Source: Vicugna vicugna
Taxonomy: Eukaryota
Length of the DNA: 64,000 bases
Assembly: GCA_013265495.1 (NCBI GenBank)
Contig: MU058198.1
Coordinates: forward strand, 5,037,779-5,101,778
Reading direction: 5' to 3'
This document shows, one piece after another, positions 36,106-49,289 of the stretch. Each line of letters begins with the position of its first letter. The stretch's first letter is position 1. A program made the translations under genes and the position numbers. The notes beneath the pieces are model-generated. The model was given only the letters and a program-made list of their open reading frames with translations. It made no database searches and was not told the DNA's origin.

Positions 36106-39100
36106 AGAAAGGTGTTTGCCCTCTCACTCAGCAGAGACTCCTAACTCCTCAATATCTCATAGCTGGCCCCTGAAGTCACATGCATTTCCAGCCCCAGGAC
36201 TAGAGGTTCTCTAGGGCCTGATGAAGATTAGATCGGATTGTTCTGTTTTGTTCCTGTGAGAATGAATTCAGAGTCATTTGGCTTGGCTTCGCCACGTCTC
36301 CATTATCCTTTCTTAACCTGATGAGCTGGTCTTTTGGGATCACCCAAAATGGCTCTTTAATGCGAATCATTCATGAGAGGGGCAGGGCTCCCGGCAGGGA
36401 GGGCGCCTGCTGGGATCAAAGAGGGATGATTTGAAGCTGGACTGGCTGAGCCCCAAGTCTCTGCTCTGACATTGAGAAGATACGTGGCTTTGAGTAAGCG
36501 ATTTACCCTCTCCAGGCTCAACTCTCAGTTACGAGGGTGAAGGAGGTGATATTTGCAAAGCACCACACTTTGCCCAATTAATAGCAGGCACTGGACCAAT
36601 AATGATGGTTTAGGACAAACTGAGGCACCGTGTTTGGGTCCTGGTGAGAAGGGCTGGGAAACACGATGATTTGGGCAGTACAGGGGCTACTGGGGAAGCC
36701 TTGGGCATAATCACTGATTAACGGCAACAGCTTAATTCTAGGTGTTACCTCTGATGGAGCCAAGGCTGCACGTACACACCAAAGCGTGTGGGTTTCATGA
36801 AAAACTTCCCGTGTAAAAATCTCTCAATGACTCACTTTAAAATCCTCTGATCCTAATCACTGTCCCTTTTACTCAAGTATTCCACTCTGTAGAGCCAGAG
36901 ACCTGGGACCAAGTGGGGTCTCCATCTTACTATGGAGTATCTTAGAGGACACCCAGGGGGACATGAAGCCCAGCGTCCCCATCTGCAGGGGAAAGGGATG
37001 CAGCTAAGGGGCTGTGCGGGTGCCTGTCATTTGGGCATTATCTGGGCATGAGCTCAGAGCAACCCCTGGAGATCTTCCATTTGTCAAAAGAAGAAAAACA
37101 AATCAGGTCCCAAGTGATAGTAATATTTTTAGACGGTGTTGCTTCGTGCAGGCCTTTGGGTCGGCTTAAATGTGGGCTTTGGGGAGGGTGGCGACAGGAA
37201 TGAGCTGAAGGGGTCAGCCTGATGGCACCTGGCCATCAGCACTGGGGAGTGGCGGGGCTCACAGGCATAGCACGGGGTGGACAGCTCGGTGGTGGCTTGG
37301 ACTGAAAGGTCTTAATGGATTGTGCGCACTTCTGCTCGGTGATTACAGGGTTCTTTCCTGTCCATCACGTCTCGGCCGCAGAGCAGCACTGAAGAACTCT
37401 GTATTTCTGCTTGGCCCTCCTGCTCCCTAAGGCAGAGCCAAAATGATTCAGAGGGGGCTGGAAATCTCTTCTCTTCTATCATTTGCCTCTAATGTCAACC
37501 ACCTGAATGTAGATATTTCCAAAATCTTGGCTTTGGAAGCATCCTCCTGGAACGTCTCACCCAGCCCCTTTCTGGTGCAGATGGAGAAACCGAGGCCCAG
37601 AGAAGGAAGGGGAATGAGGGAGGTCATAGAACCAGAACCACAGAGCTAGGCCCTGGTGTCCCGACAGTCAAGTCCAGTGAATGTGGGTCAAAGGATCATC
37701 GTTTGGTCCCATTCATCAGCCAGGTTCAACTGTGAAGGCGTGGCCTTAGATCAGAGGCCCTGTGGGTCAGACCTTTCTGAGGAAGGTGGAGAGCATGTGA
37801 TCCAAAGGATGATTTCAGGTCTGAACCTACAGAGAAGGCAGAGCAGCCATCCGAAGCCTCCAGTTCAAAGAGTGAGGCGAAGCCAGTGGGAAACCCGGAA
37901 TGTGTGAAAAAGCAGCGGGGGACGATGCGGAAGGAATGAGAGGCCATGAGTTCAGGATGATGAGTGCTGGGGTATTTGAGCTGTTTCTTTTCCTCCTGCC
38001 CTTTCTCTCTTCCTTTCTCTCTTTTTCTCTTGAATGCCATCCATAAGATATGAGATCTGGTTTTCTTACAGAAAACAACCAGGCCAGAAGGGGGCAGAAC
38101 CATTTTCACAAAAGCGTTATCTTTCATTCCTAACAGTGAGCGACAGGAGGGAGGAGAGGATCCTTTAGGTAGCGGTGTTGACAAAATAAGCAACGTACTA
38201 AACCTGGGTCGGAAAAGCTGGCTTAGCAAACCAGTTCATTCATTCATTGACTGCTTCACGAACATGCCCAGTAGATGCAAGGTTCCCAGCTCTGCTCTCC
38301 GCTTTGAGAGGCAGGCAGCACACATGAGCGCTCCCAGCCTGAGCTGTGACGATGGTGACGATGATGACAGCTGCCTGGGATTTTGATACAATTAAATGAG
38401 TTACTCTAGGAAGGCGAACGCATTGCATTCTGAAGTCTGTACAACTCCCTCTCCTTCTCTCTCTTTCATTGTTATTATTATTATTATTATTATTTTACTT
38501 GTGATTGTGTTGACAGTCATCAGAGCCCCCCTCTGTGTATTAGGGTTTTCCTTATGACCAATTCAGAGAAATTCAGTTCTGCCCCCAAAGAAAGATTGGA
38601 TGACTACCCAAACTCCCTAAGAGGTACAAGGAGCCAGAAGCCTTGGGGAGTGGCTGCAGCAATTTGAACTTGACCTATGCTTTCTTACTATTGGAGTCTT
38701 GGGAGTGGGGTGTAGCGGGTAACCTGGAGTGAACACCAGTAAGACGTTAGTTAGAACCTTCTCCATCAGAGTAGACCCGCTTCAGTTCTGCAACCATGGT
38801 TGTCTTCTTCACTTGCTCAGAGAATTTCCTGGTGATCATTGACTCCTACTTGAGGATCTTTCTTTCTGCTCTCAAATAGCTCAATTTTTTCAGTCTTCAA
38901 ATACTCAACATTTGCACTGCCCTCTGCTTTTATTTTGTCCTCCGTAGCAAACGTTGCCAATCAGTCATAGCACTGACACTTCACCGTGACAGGTGCTGAG
39001 ACTCTTCCTCAGGAGTTCTCTAACTAGCCACAAAGTGAGAGATAGCCAAGGTCGTGGCTCATTTGTCATCTGAAATCTGGTGTTAACAACTAACCACATT

Positions 39101-40029
39101 GATTGAGTGCCTACTATGTGTTCAATCTTCTACCTGATACAATATTGGGAACAAGGCAGCAATTTCTAGTTCTCTTTGGTCTAGAAATGCCCATGGGAGC
39201 AGGGTAGTTTCAAACACCACCCTGCAATTGATCACCCTGGATTTGTAATTAACTGATCAGTCACTGATGACTGAGTGGCTGAGGATTCCAGTGGGAGACT
39301 CTCTCCTTCCCTTTGGCTTCTCACTTGCTGGGAAAATTCACTAGTATCCACATATTGGGGTTTTCTGCTCTACAGCAAATCCTCCATCTTTCATAAAGAT
39401 GTTCAGGAAGGCGAGTGCTGTCACTGATCCTTGAGGAACACTGGTGATTCCATGTCCCTGTCCTTTCAAGGGTCTGTTTTCTTCTCTGTTCTTGGTTTCT
39501 AAGCACATTCTCTGTTCATGGCAAAAGGCACACACATCCCTAATCCCATGGTGGTGCAGTGCTTTGAACAGCTTTTAATGTGGGAATTTGTCAAAGGATT
39601 TCTTGTCTTTTCTTCTTTCTTCTTTTTTTTTTCCTTTTTCAGTCTAATTAAATTATTTCCGCAGACTCCTTTAACCAGATGTCTATTTGCCATCTCAAAA
39701 AACACTAATAAATTGGTTGAGCTTGACTGTGGACACTGTGTTGTCTCTCTCTAATAAGAGGTGGTTCATTACACAGCACACATTTACTGCTGAACAGTGT
39801 GGTCCTGGCTCAGAGTGCAACCCTAGGTCATGGTCAAGAATACCCAGTCTCACCTAGTTCCAAGTCTCCACACCTCTCTTCTTTCTTCAAGCTCTCCATG
39901 ACCTCCACCCACCATCCTGGCTACATACCAGCATCTGGGAACAATTACAACCAGAAGGAGGGTGAATTTAAGAAATCCTGGCCAGATAATTGGGAGCTTG
40001 GCATCCTTTTAACTTTATTTTGTGCCCAG

Positions 40030-40560
40030 AATTCGGGTAGGACTTTTTCATTGTAAGTGGCAGAAAACCTGATCACACTGGTCTAAGAAGCTAGAAATTT
40101 GTTGGCTCAGGAATATGAAAAATATAAGAGTTATTCTGGCTTAAGGGAGTTTGACTCAGGCTCAAATGGTATCATCAAGACTCGGTTTCTCAGTTTCTCT
40201 TTCTTCTTCTATCTTGGGGTTCAGAGCTCTGTGCTGACTTTATTCTCTGACCAATTCTGATCTTATGGTGACAAGATGGAACCAGCCTCAAATCCGCTCA
40301 AAATCCAGGTCCCATGGGGGACAAAGCTTTTTTTCCCCTCCCAATAGTCCCTACAAAATTCCTGAGATTCATCCTGATTGGACTGGCTCAGGTCACATGC
40401 TCATCCTTGAACAAATCTTCATGTGGTCAGAAGAGTGAACTATTCTAAACACCTACTCTGGGTCACGTGTTCCACCTTCTGGAGTTGATGATGGAGATCT
40501 ACTTGAAGTATGTGGGCTAAAAGTGGGAGAAAGAGGTTAATTAACACTGAGTGTCTAAAA
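40030..40560 (-). mobile_element. MLT1K-like LTR
   Basis: ttgtaagtggcagaaaacc...ttggctcag...ctgattggactggctcaggtcacatgctcatccttgaac. Confidence 0.75.
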
Positions 40561-41579
40561 GAGCATGTGTCCCCTATCCAACCATTAAATTTCTGTCTCC
40601 AAGCCAGATTCCCCAAATCGAAATCCAAGTAAATTCCTCAGATCCAATTCAGAGAAGTTAGAGAAAGAAACACTGGAATAAGATCTGGTTCAGTTTCTGG
40701 ATTCAATACTAATTTGCTGCTTCATGCCTCTGGGATTTAGTCTTCTCATCTTTAAAATGGGCAGAACAATAGATTTACAGAGTGCTCAGCCCAGTGACTG
40801 GTGCACATCTATCTGGATTTCTGTCATGATAACCTTCTCAGTACTGACAGTCAAATGAAGACCTACTTTCCTCTCCGCCTATCTCCTTGTCCCCCAAGGA
40901 TGAGATAGTTATACCTGAGCTTCTGCTGGGTGCCTGCAGCCCTGCCAGCCTACTTCTTTGATACACACCTGCCCTACTTGCCCCATCTTGGAATCTGTTC
41001 ATTGCCCTGCATCATACGCTGTGGGGACTCCCATACTGAGCCTTCTCATGAATATATCAATGCTTTCCAGAGTTCAAGGTTAGTCTGACTTCTTCTTACA
41101 GCTTAGAGCCTGACCTAGCCATCTGCATCATGGCTAATACCTTCCCCAGTCCTTTCAGTTCACTGAATAGACCTGATTAGTCCCTGTGTGTTTCATCCAT
41201 GCTCAGCTAACAAGCGCATGCTCAGCCTTGGCATGAGACGTGATGGGGAGAAACCGAGTGGGGAGATACTCACAAAACCATACTGAGTTGAGTTGGAAAA
41301 GACATTAGAGGTCATTTGATATAACTTCACTCCTGTGGGGAAGGTCCTAGCTGGGTGAATGGGGCTGGATACAGAGAGGATGGTTTGGAAGCCAATAGTG
41401 AACCCCCAGGATTCCAGCAAAACTGTGGGTAACTGGTAAACTCCAGTAAATTAGAACACGCTGTCGACAGTTACTTCCTCGAGGAAACAACTGAAACACA
41501 GTTAAGATACATCTTATGGAGAAACTGACCTTAAATTAGGTATTAGGGCTTCAATTAGGTTCACTACTGAAAAATATAA

Positions 41580-41830
41580 GAAGCTAGGTGGGTAATGTAC
41601 ACGGGTGAACAGGGCTGGTGTTTACACACTTGTTGTCTGAATGACAGGGACCGTGGTCCCCAGATGATACAGTCCTCTTCTACAGACACCAGCGGGTTAG
41701 TCAGCTCCTTCCAATAGTTGTCACATAGGAAGGAAAGTCCAGTGAGGCCAAATCTTCCACTCTTTCAAGAGATTTTGGAAATCTAGATTTTTAAAACTTA
41801 ACTCAATTTTTAAGTGTTGGCTCTTTTTAA
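41580..41830 (+). mobile_element. MER102-like hAT fossil
   Basis: ggtaatgtacacgggtgaa...gtccagtgaggccaaatcttccactctttcaagagattttggaaatctagattttt...ttttaagtgttggc. Confidence 0.65.
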
Positions 41831-41879
41831 TCACTAGTAAAAAAAAAAAGTTTCCAATATCTGTCTTAATGTTTAGGAA

Positions 41880-42330
41880 GGTCACAAGGGTGTGGAGGGG
41901 AGAATGGGAGGCAGTCCAGGTGTGGGTGGTCCATGAACAGAGGGTCAGAAGCAGGACCGAGCATCATGTACAGGAACCAGAGTGAGGCATGTGAATGGCC
42001 TGGAGGGATTGAAGACTGGTGGAAAGAAACAGGGGGCATGGAGCCAGGTTAAGGAGAGACTCAGTCAGCCAGAGTAGTTTAGATACAATTCATGGGCTAC
42101 AGGGAATCTTTGCAGGTTCTTGAGCAACAGGATTTAGGGACTAAGTCTGGCAGAGGGCGTCAGCCAGGACAGAACAGAAGAAAACCTCAGAGCAGGGATG
42201 GCAGCTAGAAATATATTCTTATAGATTTGGCTATTTATTCCATGCCCAATGGTAAAGCGAACTTGAGGTTGAATTAAAAACACAGAGCGGTAAGATTGGA
42301 CAGTCAGCAACGACTAGACCACAAGGCAAG
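41880..42330 (-). mobile_element. L2 fragment
   Basis: catgggctacagggaatctttgcaggttcttgagcaa...aagtctggcag. Confidence 0.6.
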
Positions 42331-43077
42331 AAAGAAAAGAGGAGGGAAGGGAAATTTTTGCCCATGGATTTCAACAGTTATTGAAGACCTCCAGTCTCCA
42401 AGTACTGTACACAGCCTAGTTACAAGAGACCAAAAGTAAATTGAAATCAGGTCCCTTGAACTACTCACAGCCTGCTATGAAGAAACCCAGAGGGAAGAAA
42501 ATTTGATACCAAGTACTGAACCTTTGCTCTAGCTTCTTTGTTGTGGTAGAAAAGATTAAGATAAGACAGTAAAATAATCACCTATATCTCATGTACATTA
42601 ATAAAACAAATTTCTGCCCATTTTTATGTTATTATATCATTCAAAACAGCTGGATGGAGTTTCACAAAGTTTGGAGGATGTATTTGAGATGATCTTCCTG
42701 AATATATGCTATATAGGACAACTGGAATTGAGTGTTGGGTGTGACATGCCAGGTCATTATAATCTTGTAAAGAGGACAGAGGGTGGTCTCCACTAGGAAC
42801 CCTAAAATGCAAGGTACAAGGAAGACCCACTCAACAGAAGACTTGCTTTTTCCTTCTGACACGGCCACCTGCATGTGGGACAACAGCAGAGACGGTGAAG
42901 GTTCTCAGGAGTGATGCAAAGGAAGTAAGCTAATAGTTAAATAAAAGAAGCTACATGTGCCCATAATATAAAACTTGCTTTTTCATCCCCCTAAACTTCA
43001 AAAAGAATTTGTTAAGGGAAGTGGAGGGAAGGGCATTCTTCCTGCAAGAGACAGTGAACATTTTAGCAGATGGTCCC

Positions 43078-43437
43078 TGTTGTGGACTGAATGTTTGTGT
43101 CCCCATAAAATTCTTCTGTTGAAACTCTAATCCCAATGTGACGGTATTTGGAGGTGGGACCTTTGAGAGATTTCGGTCATGAGGATGGAGCTCTCACAAA
43201 TGAGATCAGTGCCTTATAAGAAGGGGTCAGAGAGCTAGGTGGTCTCTTTCTACCATGTGGTGATACAACAAGAAGCTGACAGTCTGCAACCAGAAAGAGT
43301 GTTCTCACCAGAACCCAACCATGCTGGCATCTGGATCTCAAAATTCCAGTCTCCAGAACTGTGAGAAATATATTTCTGTGATTTTAAGCCACCCAGTCTA
43401 TGGTACTTTGTTAGAGCAGCCCCAACTGACCAAGACA
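43078..43437 (+). mobile_element. MLT1A-like complete solo LTR
   Basis: TG...CA termini (tgttgtggactgaatgtttgtgtcccc...gaccaagaca); perfect 5-bp TSD gtccc at 43073 and 43438. Confidence 0.95.
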
Positions 43438-44298
43438 GTCCCCTTGCAAGAAGGAATAATATCATTGCATCATTTTGTTTTATCTCTGTTAATTGAGGAA
43501 ATAAATGAAAGCTTCTACATCAGAAATGAACAAAGATGAAAGGTTTTCGTCTTATTCTTCTTTGGTCCATTCATCTTTCCCTCTCTCTCTTGCTCCTTCT
43601 GTCCTTTCCTGCCTCTTTCCTTCCACTCACTCACTGAGCATCTGCAAGAAACCTGGAGGACTCCCAGCAAGAACCTATCCCTCAGGTAAATAGAAATGTA
43701 GCCGATATGAGACTCACCACCAGCAGCTGCAATGTTGAGACATGTGAAAGTTTAGTTAACAGAAAAATATCACACACCTGCATAAGTGAGGTTGGAGTGC
43801 AGTGCAGAATTCCCCTTGCCTCACTGGCTCTGCAAAATTCCAAATGATTTCTTACTTTTCACTTTGGAATAAGAGTCTTACTGTAGAGTCTTTTTAGGGC
43901 CAAAGGAAAGAGATCCCTTTGCAGTGTATGAAGTACAGGGTCATCAGTTCCTTCAATATCAGGTCTATAGATAAAATGAATTCCTATAGGATTCTTTAGG
44001 CATCAGAGGATTTTATGTAACAAATAATCGGCTGCAGAGTCTGTGCCAAGGACCAAAGATGCAGGCATGGATGAAGACACGTAGGGACTCCAAGGAGTTT
44101 GACTGAGTAAGAACGTCCTTGTAAGCACATGGATCTGAGAGGTAGAGGGGGATTATATAGCATTTTACAGGCTGCAGTGTTGTTCTGAGGGGTAGCTTGT
44201 CCCTCGTAATCTGTATCAAACAACATTTCCAAATACCTCAAAACTAACATGCAATCTAAGTGAAAATCACATTTCCTGTGAAAACATTATTTCCAGAC

Positions 44299-44638
44299 TC
44301 TCTTAGTCCATTTGGGCTGCTGTCACAAAATACATAGACTGAGTGGCTTATAAACAGCAGAAAATTATTTCTCACAATTCTGGAGACTGGGAAGTCCAAG
44401 ATCAAGGTGCCAGCACATTCATTATCTGGTGAGGACCCATGTTCTAGACAGCTGGTCTTTTTGCTGTAACCTCACATTCGTGGAAGGGGACAAGGAGCTT
44501 TCTCAGGCCTCCTTTGTGAAGGCACTAACCCCATTCATGAGGGCCCCACCCGTAGGATCTATTACCTCCCAAAGTCCTCACCTCCTATAGGATTTCAACA
44601 TATGAGTTTGTGGGGACACAAAAATTCAGTCCACAACA
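44299..44638 (-). mobile_element. MLT1A-like solo LTR
   Basis: cttagtccatttgggctgctgtcacaaaatac...gggaagtccaagatcaaggtgccagca...ggggacacaaaaattcagtccacaaca. Confidence 0.9.
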
Positions 44639-44829
44639 CTAAGTCCCTAGCCCCATTTCCAACCAATGACTGCTTCTGAGCACCTTCTAGAAAGAAGTTC
44701 TGAATCAGCATTGGCTCACTGCTCTCTGCATATTTAACACGATAATTCTGAGCAATGATGCAATGGCGTCCTTTCTGTTCCCTCTCTGCTTGTTCATGTC
44801 CTGGGGCAGGGTAGGGGTGGATGAATGAA

Positions 44830-45020
44830 AGCAGTTTGGAGCCAGAGGTATCTGGGTTTGACCTCTCTCTGCCACTAGTTGACTTTTGTGACTCTGGGCA
44901 CATTTTTCTTTTCCCATCCTGCTGATTCTCAGTTTCCTCTTCAGTGAAATGGGCAGATGATACTGTCCTCCCAGGGGTTTGATGTGACAGTTTGGTGCAA
45001 TCAACAAACGTTGCTACTGG
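44830..45020 (+). mobile_element. MIR
   Basis: ttggagccagagg...ctctgccact...ctcagtttcctcttcagtgaaatggg. Confidence 0.75.
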
Positions 45021-45219
45021 CACCAACCAGTAATCAGGGAAGTTTAATTTCTTCACTTCTTCCAAAAAGACACCACGGAGGAGCAGACTGACTGTCTTTT
45101 GCTTTCAAACATTCAAACTGTGCACAACTTGAATGTACGTAACTGTTATGTCTACATTCCTAAACCTCCAACATGTAAGCCAAATGTGAATTTTCTTCCC
45201 CCTCTTCCTCCTCACAACT

Positions 45220-45580
45220 CACATTTATTGGCCACTTACTGGGGACAGACACTGCTCTAATCAGTCAGTGTTGATGAATTCAACCCTTTGAGGAAGGCAC
45301 TGCCATAGTCATGGGTCTAAGATGCCATTCATTGGACACACAACACTTTCTTGTGTGACTTAACATGGTCTCAATTGTGTGGTGCACCCCAACTTCAACT
45401 TCAGAGCCATTACAAAGTGAAAAGTGCAGCAACAAAACATTCTACCTTCATTTTATAGATGAGGGCACCGGGGATCCTGGGGGTCAAGTATTTTACCCAA
45501 GTTCATGGAACCAGGGTTTGAGAGAAAATTTGAACCCAGACAGTCTGACTCCAAAGCGCACACTTTAATCACTTCACCAA
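45220..45580 (-). mobile_element. MIR, apparently interrupted by a ~120-bp insert (45305-45425)
   Basis: cattttatagatgaggg...atttgaacccagacagtctgactccaaagc. Confidence 0.7.
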
Positions 45581-45914
45581 ATTGTCCCTTTCCATCAGCT
45601 GATGGATGAACATTTCAGGCAGTCTCAGATCCAGCTTCAATTATCTGCCCTTTTCGACTCAAGTGGTCACTTGACTCTGTTCAATTCTGAAGGAAGGGAA
45701 TGAAATTAAAGAACAAGTACAAAATCCTGACAATACATCATGGAAAATTACATTCAATGCCTGGGCTATATCTTGGGCATTTTATGATATTGTTTTGCTC
45801 TCTGGAAGCTAAATGCCTTTAAATATGTAGGTGGATTGTTTGAATTTTGCATGTTCAACTTTTGTGTGTGATTTCAAGGGCATATTACACATAAAAGTTG
45901 GCATTTTGGTGTAT

Positions 45915-46418
45915 TGTATGACTGTAATTCTTCACTCTTGCGATGGGATGTTACAGCCTCTCCCATCAAGAAATGGAGTCTATTTCCATACCTTTTGGTT
46001 GTGGACTGGCCTTGTACTTTGCTTTAGTCAGTAGAATGTGTCCATAGAAATGGTAGCCTGCCAGTTCTGATTTAAGGGCTCAAGAAGCCTTTTGAGATAT
46101 GGTTTTCTTTTGGAACTGCTCCACCATGACAGCAAATCCAAGGTAGCTATCTTAAGGGTGAAGACCACAAGGAACAAAGCAAGTCATCACATTTGATACA
46201 TTCCTAGACTAGCCAGCCCCTGGCTGACCTGCTAGCTGACTCCAGACTCTTGAAAAAGCCAGCTGAAATCCGATGAGCCTGGCACAGATAACCTTAGCCC
46301 AATCCAGACGAACAGAACTCCCCAGCCAACCCACAGACTCATGGGAAAAATAAATGTTATTGTCTAATGCCACTACATTTTCAGATTATTTGTTACACAG
46401 CAATAGCTAACAGATAAA
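45915..46418 (+). mobile_element. MLT1F/G/H-like solo LTR
   Basis: ctcccatcaagaaatggagtctatttcc...cccagccaacccacagactcatg...aataaatg...ttgttacacagcaatagctaac. Confidence 0.85.
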
Positions 46419-46582
46419 GCATCTATCTGCCTTAGAGCTTTGCTAACCAAACAAAATGATGGGATAACTCTTGACTAATGTTAAAAATCAACTGGGTGAT
46501 CATTCAGCCTAGAAGGATGCTGTACATTTACTTTTGCACTGAAAACTTCCCTATTGAAACAACTCCATTTTCTGTATATCTA

Positions 46583-46998
46583 GTTGCTATAGCAACCCGA
46601 TACTTTGGTTCTCTGCTCTGGTCTTCCTGATCATATCACTTTGCAGTTAGTCAACATGATGTTGGAGCCTTGGTTGTTATGGTAACCTGGGACCTTTTTT
46701 TTTTTTTAATGTATTCCACTGACAATGTTTTTGAGGAGACCTGCGATTTAGTCTTGTACTCATCTGGAGAAACTTGTGGTACAGAGTAAAAAAGCATTTC
46801 AGGAAACATTCCTCTGGGGAGAAATTCTTCATTAAAGCCTCCTTCCAGAACCCTCCGACATTCTGGGCTTTTATGGATTTTTCCTATTAAATGCTTCTCA
46901 AAATTTCAGTGAATTGCAAAGTATGTTTTAAAAAGTCCTAAAAGAGCCTGAATTGCTAATAGAAAACATATGTAGCTGAATTGTCATTAATTATGCAT
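46583..46998. promoter_or_regulatory. Candidate enhancer: two RFX X-boxes plus POU4F site
   Basis: GTTGCTATAGCAAC 46583-46596 (perfect palindrome), GTTGTTATGGTAAC 46673-46686, CATTAATTATGCAT 46985-46998. Confidence 0.55.
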
Positions 46999-49289
46999 GC
47001 AGCCCTGTAGAGGCCCCTACACAGAGCACCACAAACCCTGGAGATGAGATTCTTTGTGATCTGAGAAGGAGGCACATGAAACAGAAAGAGAAAGCTCAGA
47101 GAGAGGAGATGAGGGGTGAGGGAGAACGGGGGTCAGGGAAGGGGCTGCTGGAGAGGCAAGTTGAAGGGGTCTTGAGGCCCCGAGTCCTGATTCAGGGGTG
47201 ACAAGGGAGGCGAGGCAGGGAGCGAGGAGTCAGGGCAACTCGGTCCAAAGCCACTCCAGAGAAAAAGAAAGTATTTCTGTGCTTAGAGGTGTCTCCATTT
47301 CTGAGAAGCCCGGGGCACTTACATTTTTTGAGGCTTTGCTCTGTTAAAAAATCATGAAATGTCAAAACGGTTATGAATGGTGGTGTTTATCAAATGTTTA
47401 CATTGAAAGCCTTTACGAAGGAAAATAGGATGCACAATAGTCATGCTCGTCACGAGATAAATAGATTTCTGTTTTTAAAGGTATTCATTAGTAGGGCAGC
47501 GAATGCTGGTCCCAGGACTAGGTGAAGCAAGCCAGGTGTCTCGGGTCCAAAGTGTAGGAGGCACTCACGACCGGGATGGAGTCGCCTTCCGTTTGATGCC
47601 TTAGGCACTTCGCCCTCCTCTCTCGTCCTTGCTTCCTGGATGATACCTTGTCTTTCCATCATGTTAGCCTATCACCATCACTGAATACGTAATCTCATTT
47701 GGAACATTTGAATTGAGGCCAATTGGAAATGTGTAACTTGGGCCAAACGCCTCTCCCCTCTTTTCCTCTAATGGGCCCCACTTTCAGTTTCCTTAGGTTT
47801 TGACGTAACTGAAGGAAGAACCATCAAACACTGAAATAATGTAGCAACCTCAGCACCGAAAGGAATGGGTTCTGGGCCCGGATGGGCCACTCACTCACTA
47901 TGTGACCTCATATAAGTGCCTTTCCTTTCTGGGGCTCTGTGTTCTCAGCTCCCAGAAAGTATTTGGATGAACTATTTCTTAGGGCCATTCTGACTCAGAC
48001 TACCTAGGATTCTGGATGAGGGGGTGTTCGCTTTTGAAAGAGCAGGCTAGAAGAGAGATGTTTCCTCTTCTACCTACCATGTAGAATCTTGGCTGATGAG
48101 CTGGTGGTGCCTTTGGTAGGGGATATGGGGCATCAGAATTGGTATCCACAGCAGATCACCGGTATCTAGAGCCCATGGTATAGTTGGAAGGGATAACTGA
48201 TGATGAACTCAGATATTTAAGATGGCACCCAAGAGTTAGTAACTCCTCTTCTTGTCCACAAGGGGCAGCATAGTATACTGATCCAAAAGCACGCTTATGA
48301 AATGCGGCAAAACACCACCACTCATCTGAGTCTTAAATGAGTTAATACACGCAAAGACTGAGAACCGTGTCCCGCACAGAGTTCTGGAATTAGAAGTTCT
48401 TAGTATAAATTCCACTATTCTAAGTTCTTACTATTTTGTCCATTTATGTATTCAGCAGGTGTTTACTGAGCCCGAAATCTATGCCAGACCCTGTGCCGAG
48501 CACTTTACGTGAACTATTTTATTTTCATAGCAGCCTTTAGAAAGAGTGCAGTCCCATTTGACAGGGAGATGGGGTGCCAGTGTCAACGCCGAGGGTGCAA
48601 TTTGTGTGGCATTCACATTATTTTTGAAAACTTTTTTAGGGTTATGCAAACGTGGGGACCTACGCTGCTTTTTGACTCCAGAACCTATGCTCTTAAAAAT
48701 CTAAATAATCTTTAAAGCATCAGGCATACTCTCGATATCATTAAATTTCCTGAATATTCTATCAAAGGGATGATGTGGTGTTGGGGCTGTGCTGCCAGAA
48801 GTCCTGGGCTGGAGGACTTCTCCAGTCGTTACTGGTGTCACCCCTGGCTGGATGCTATGTGGCTTCCACTCTGATTCCTTCGCTTTCTCTACCTCTGAGC
48901 TGTCATAGGACTGAACAAGACAGAGTTTATGTTTTAAACTCTAATGCACCGGCTAGGTATTATGAAGATTATAGAAATTGGTAGGCAGCTTGTGCTCGTG
49001 CCATCAATAACTTGCATTGTTTTTTCCAATTTTGATTATTTTTCTGAATATTTCAGCGATCCCCTCTCCACCTCCCAGCTGCCAAACTGAAAACCCTTCA
49101 CTCGGTACGAAGTATCATTTCCCCGGCGCTCCTCACCGCAGCTCCCGTGTCATTTCTCCGGACATTCTAAGGGCAGGAAACTTGTGGCTTCCCCACACCT
49201 TCCAGAAGTGCTTTTTTTCGCCCCTAAATGATTTTTTTTTCCCTTAAAATCTCTCATCAGGCACAGTTGACTTACTGACCAGTCTCATA

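Noticed and set aside
43078..46418. Two + strand MLT1 LTRs as ends of one provirus
   Set aside because: Different subfamilies, the first has its own TSD, and no internal MaLR sequence was seen
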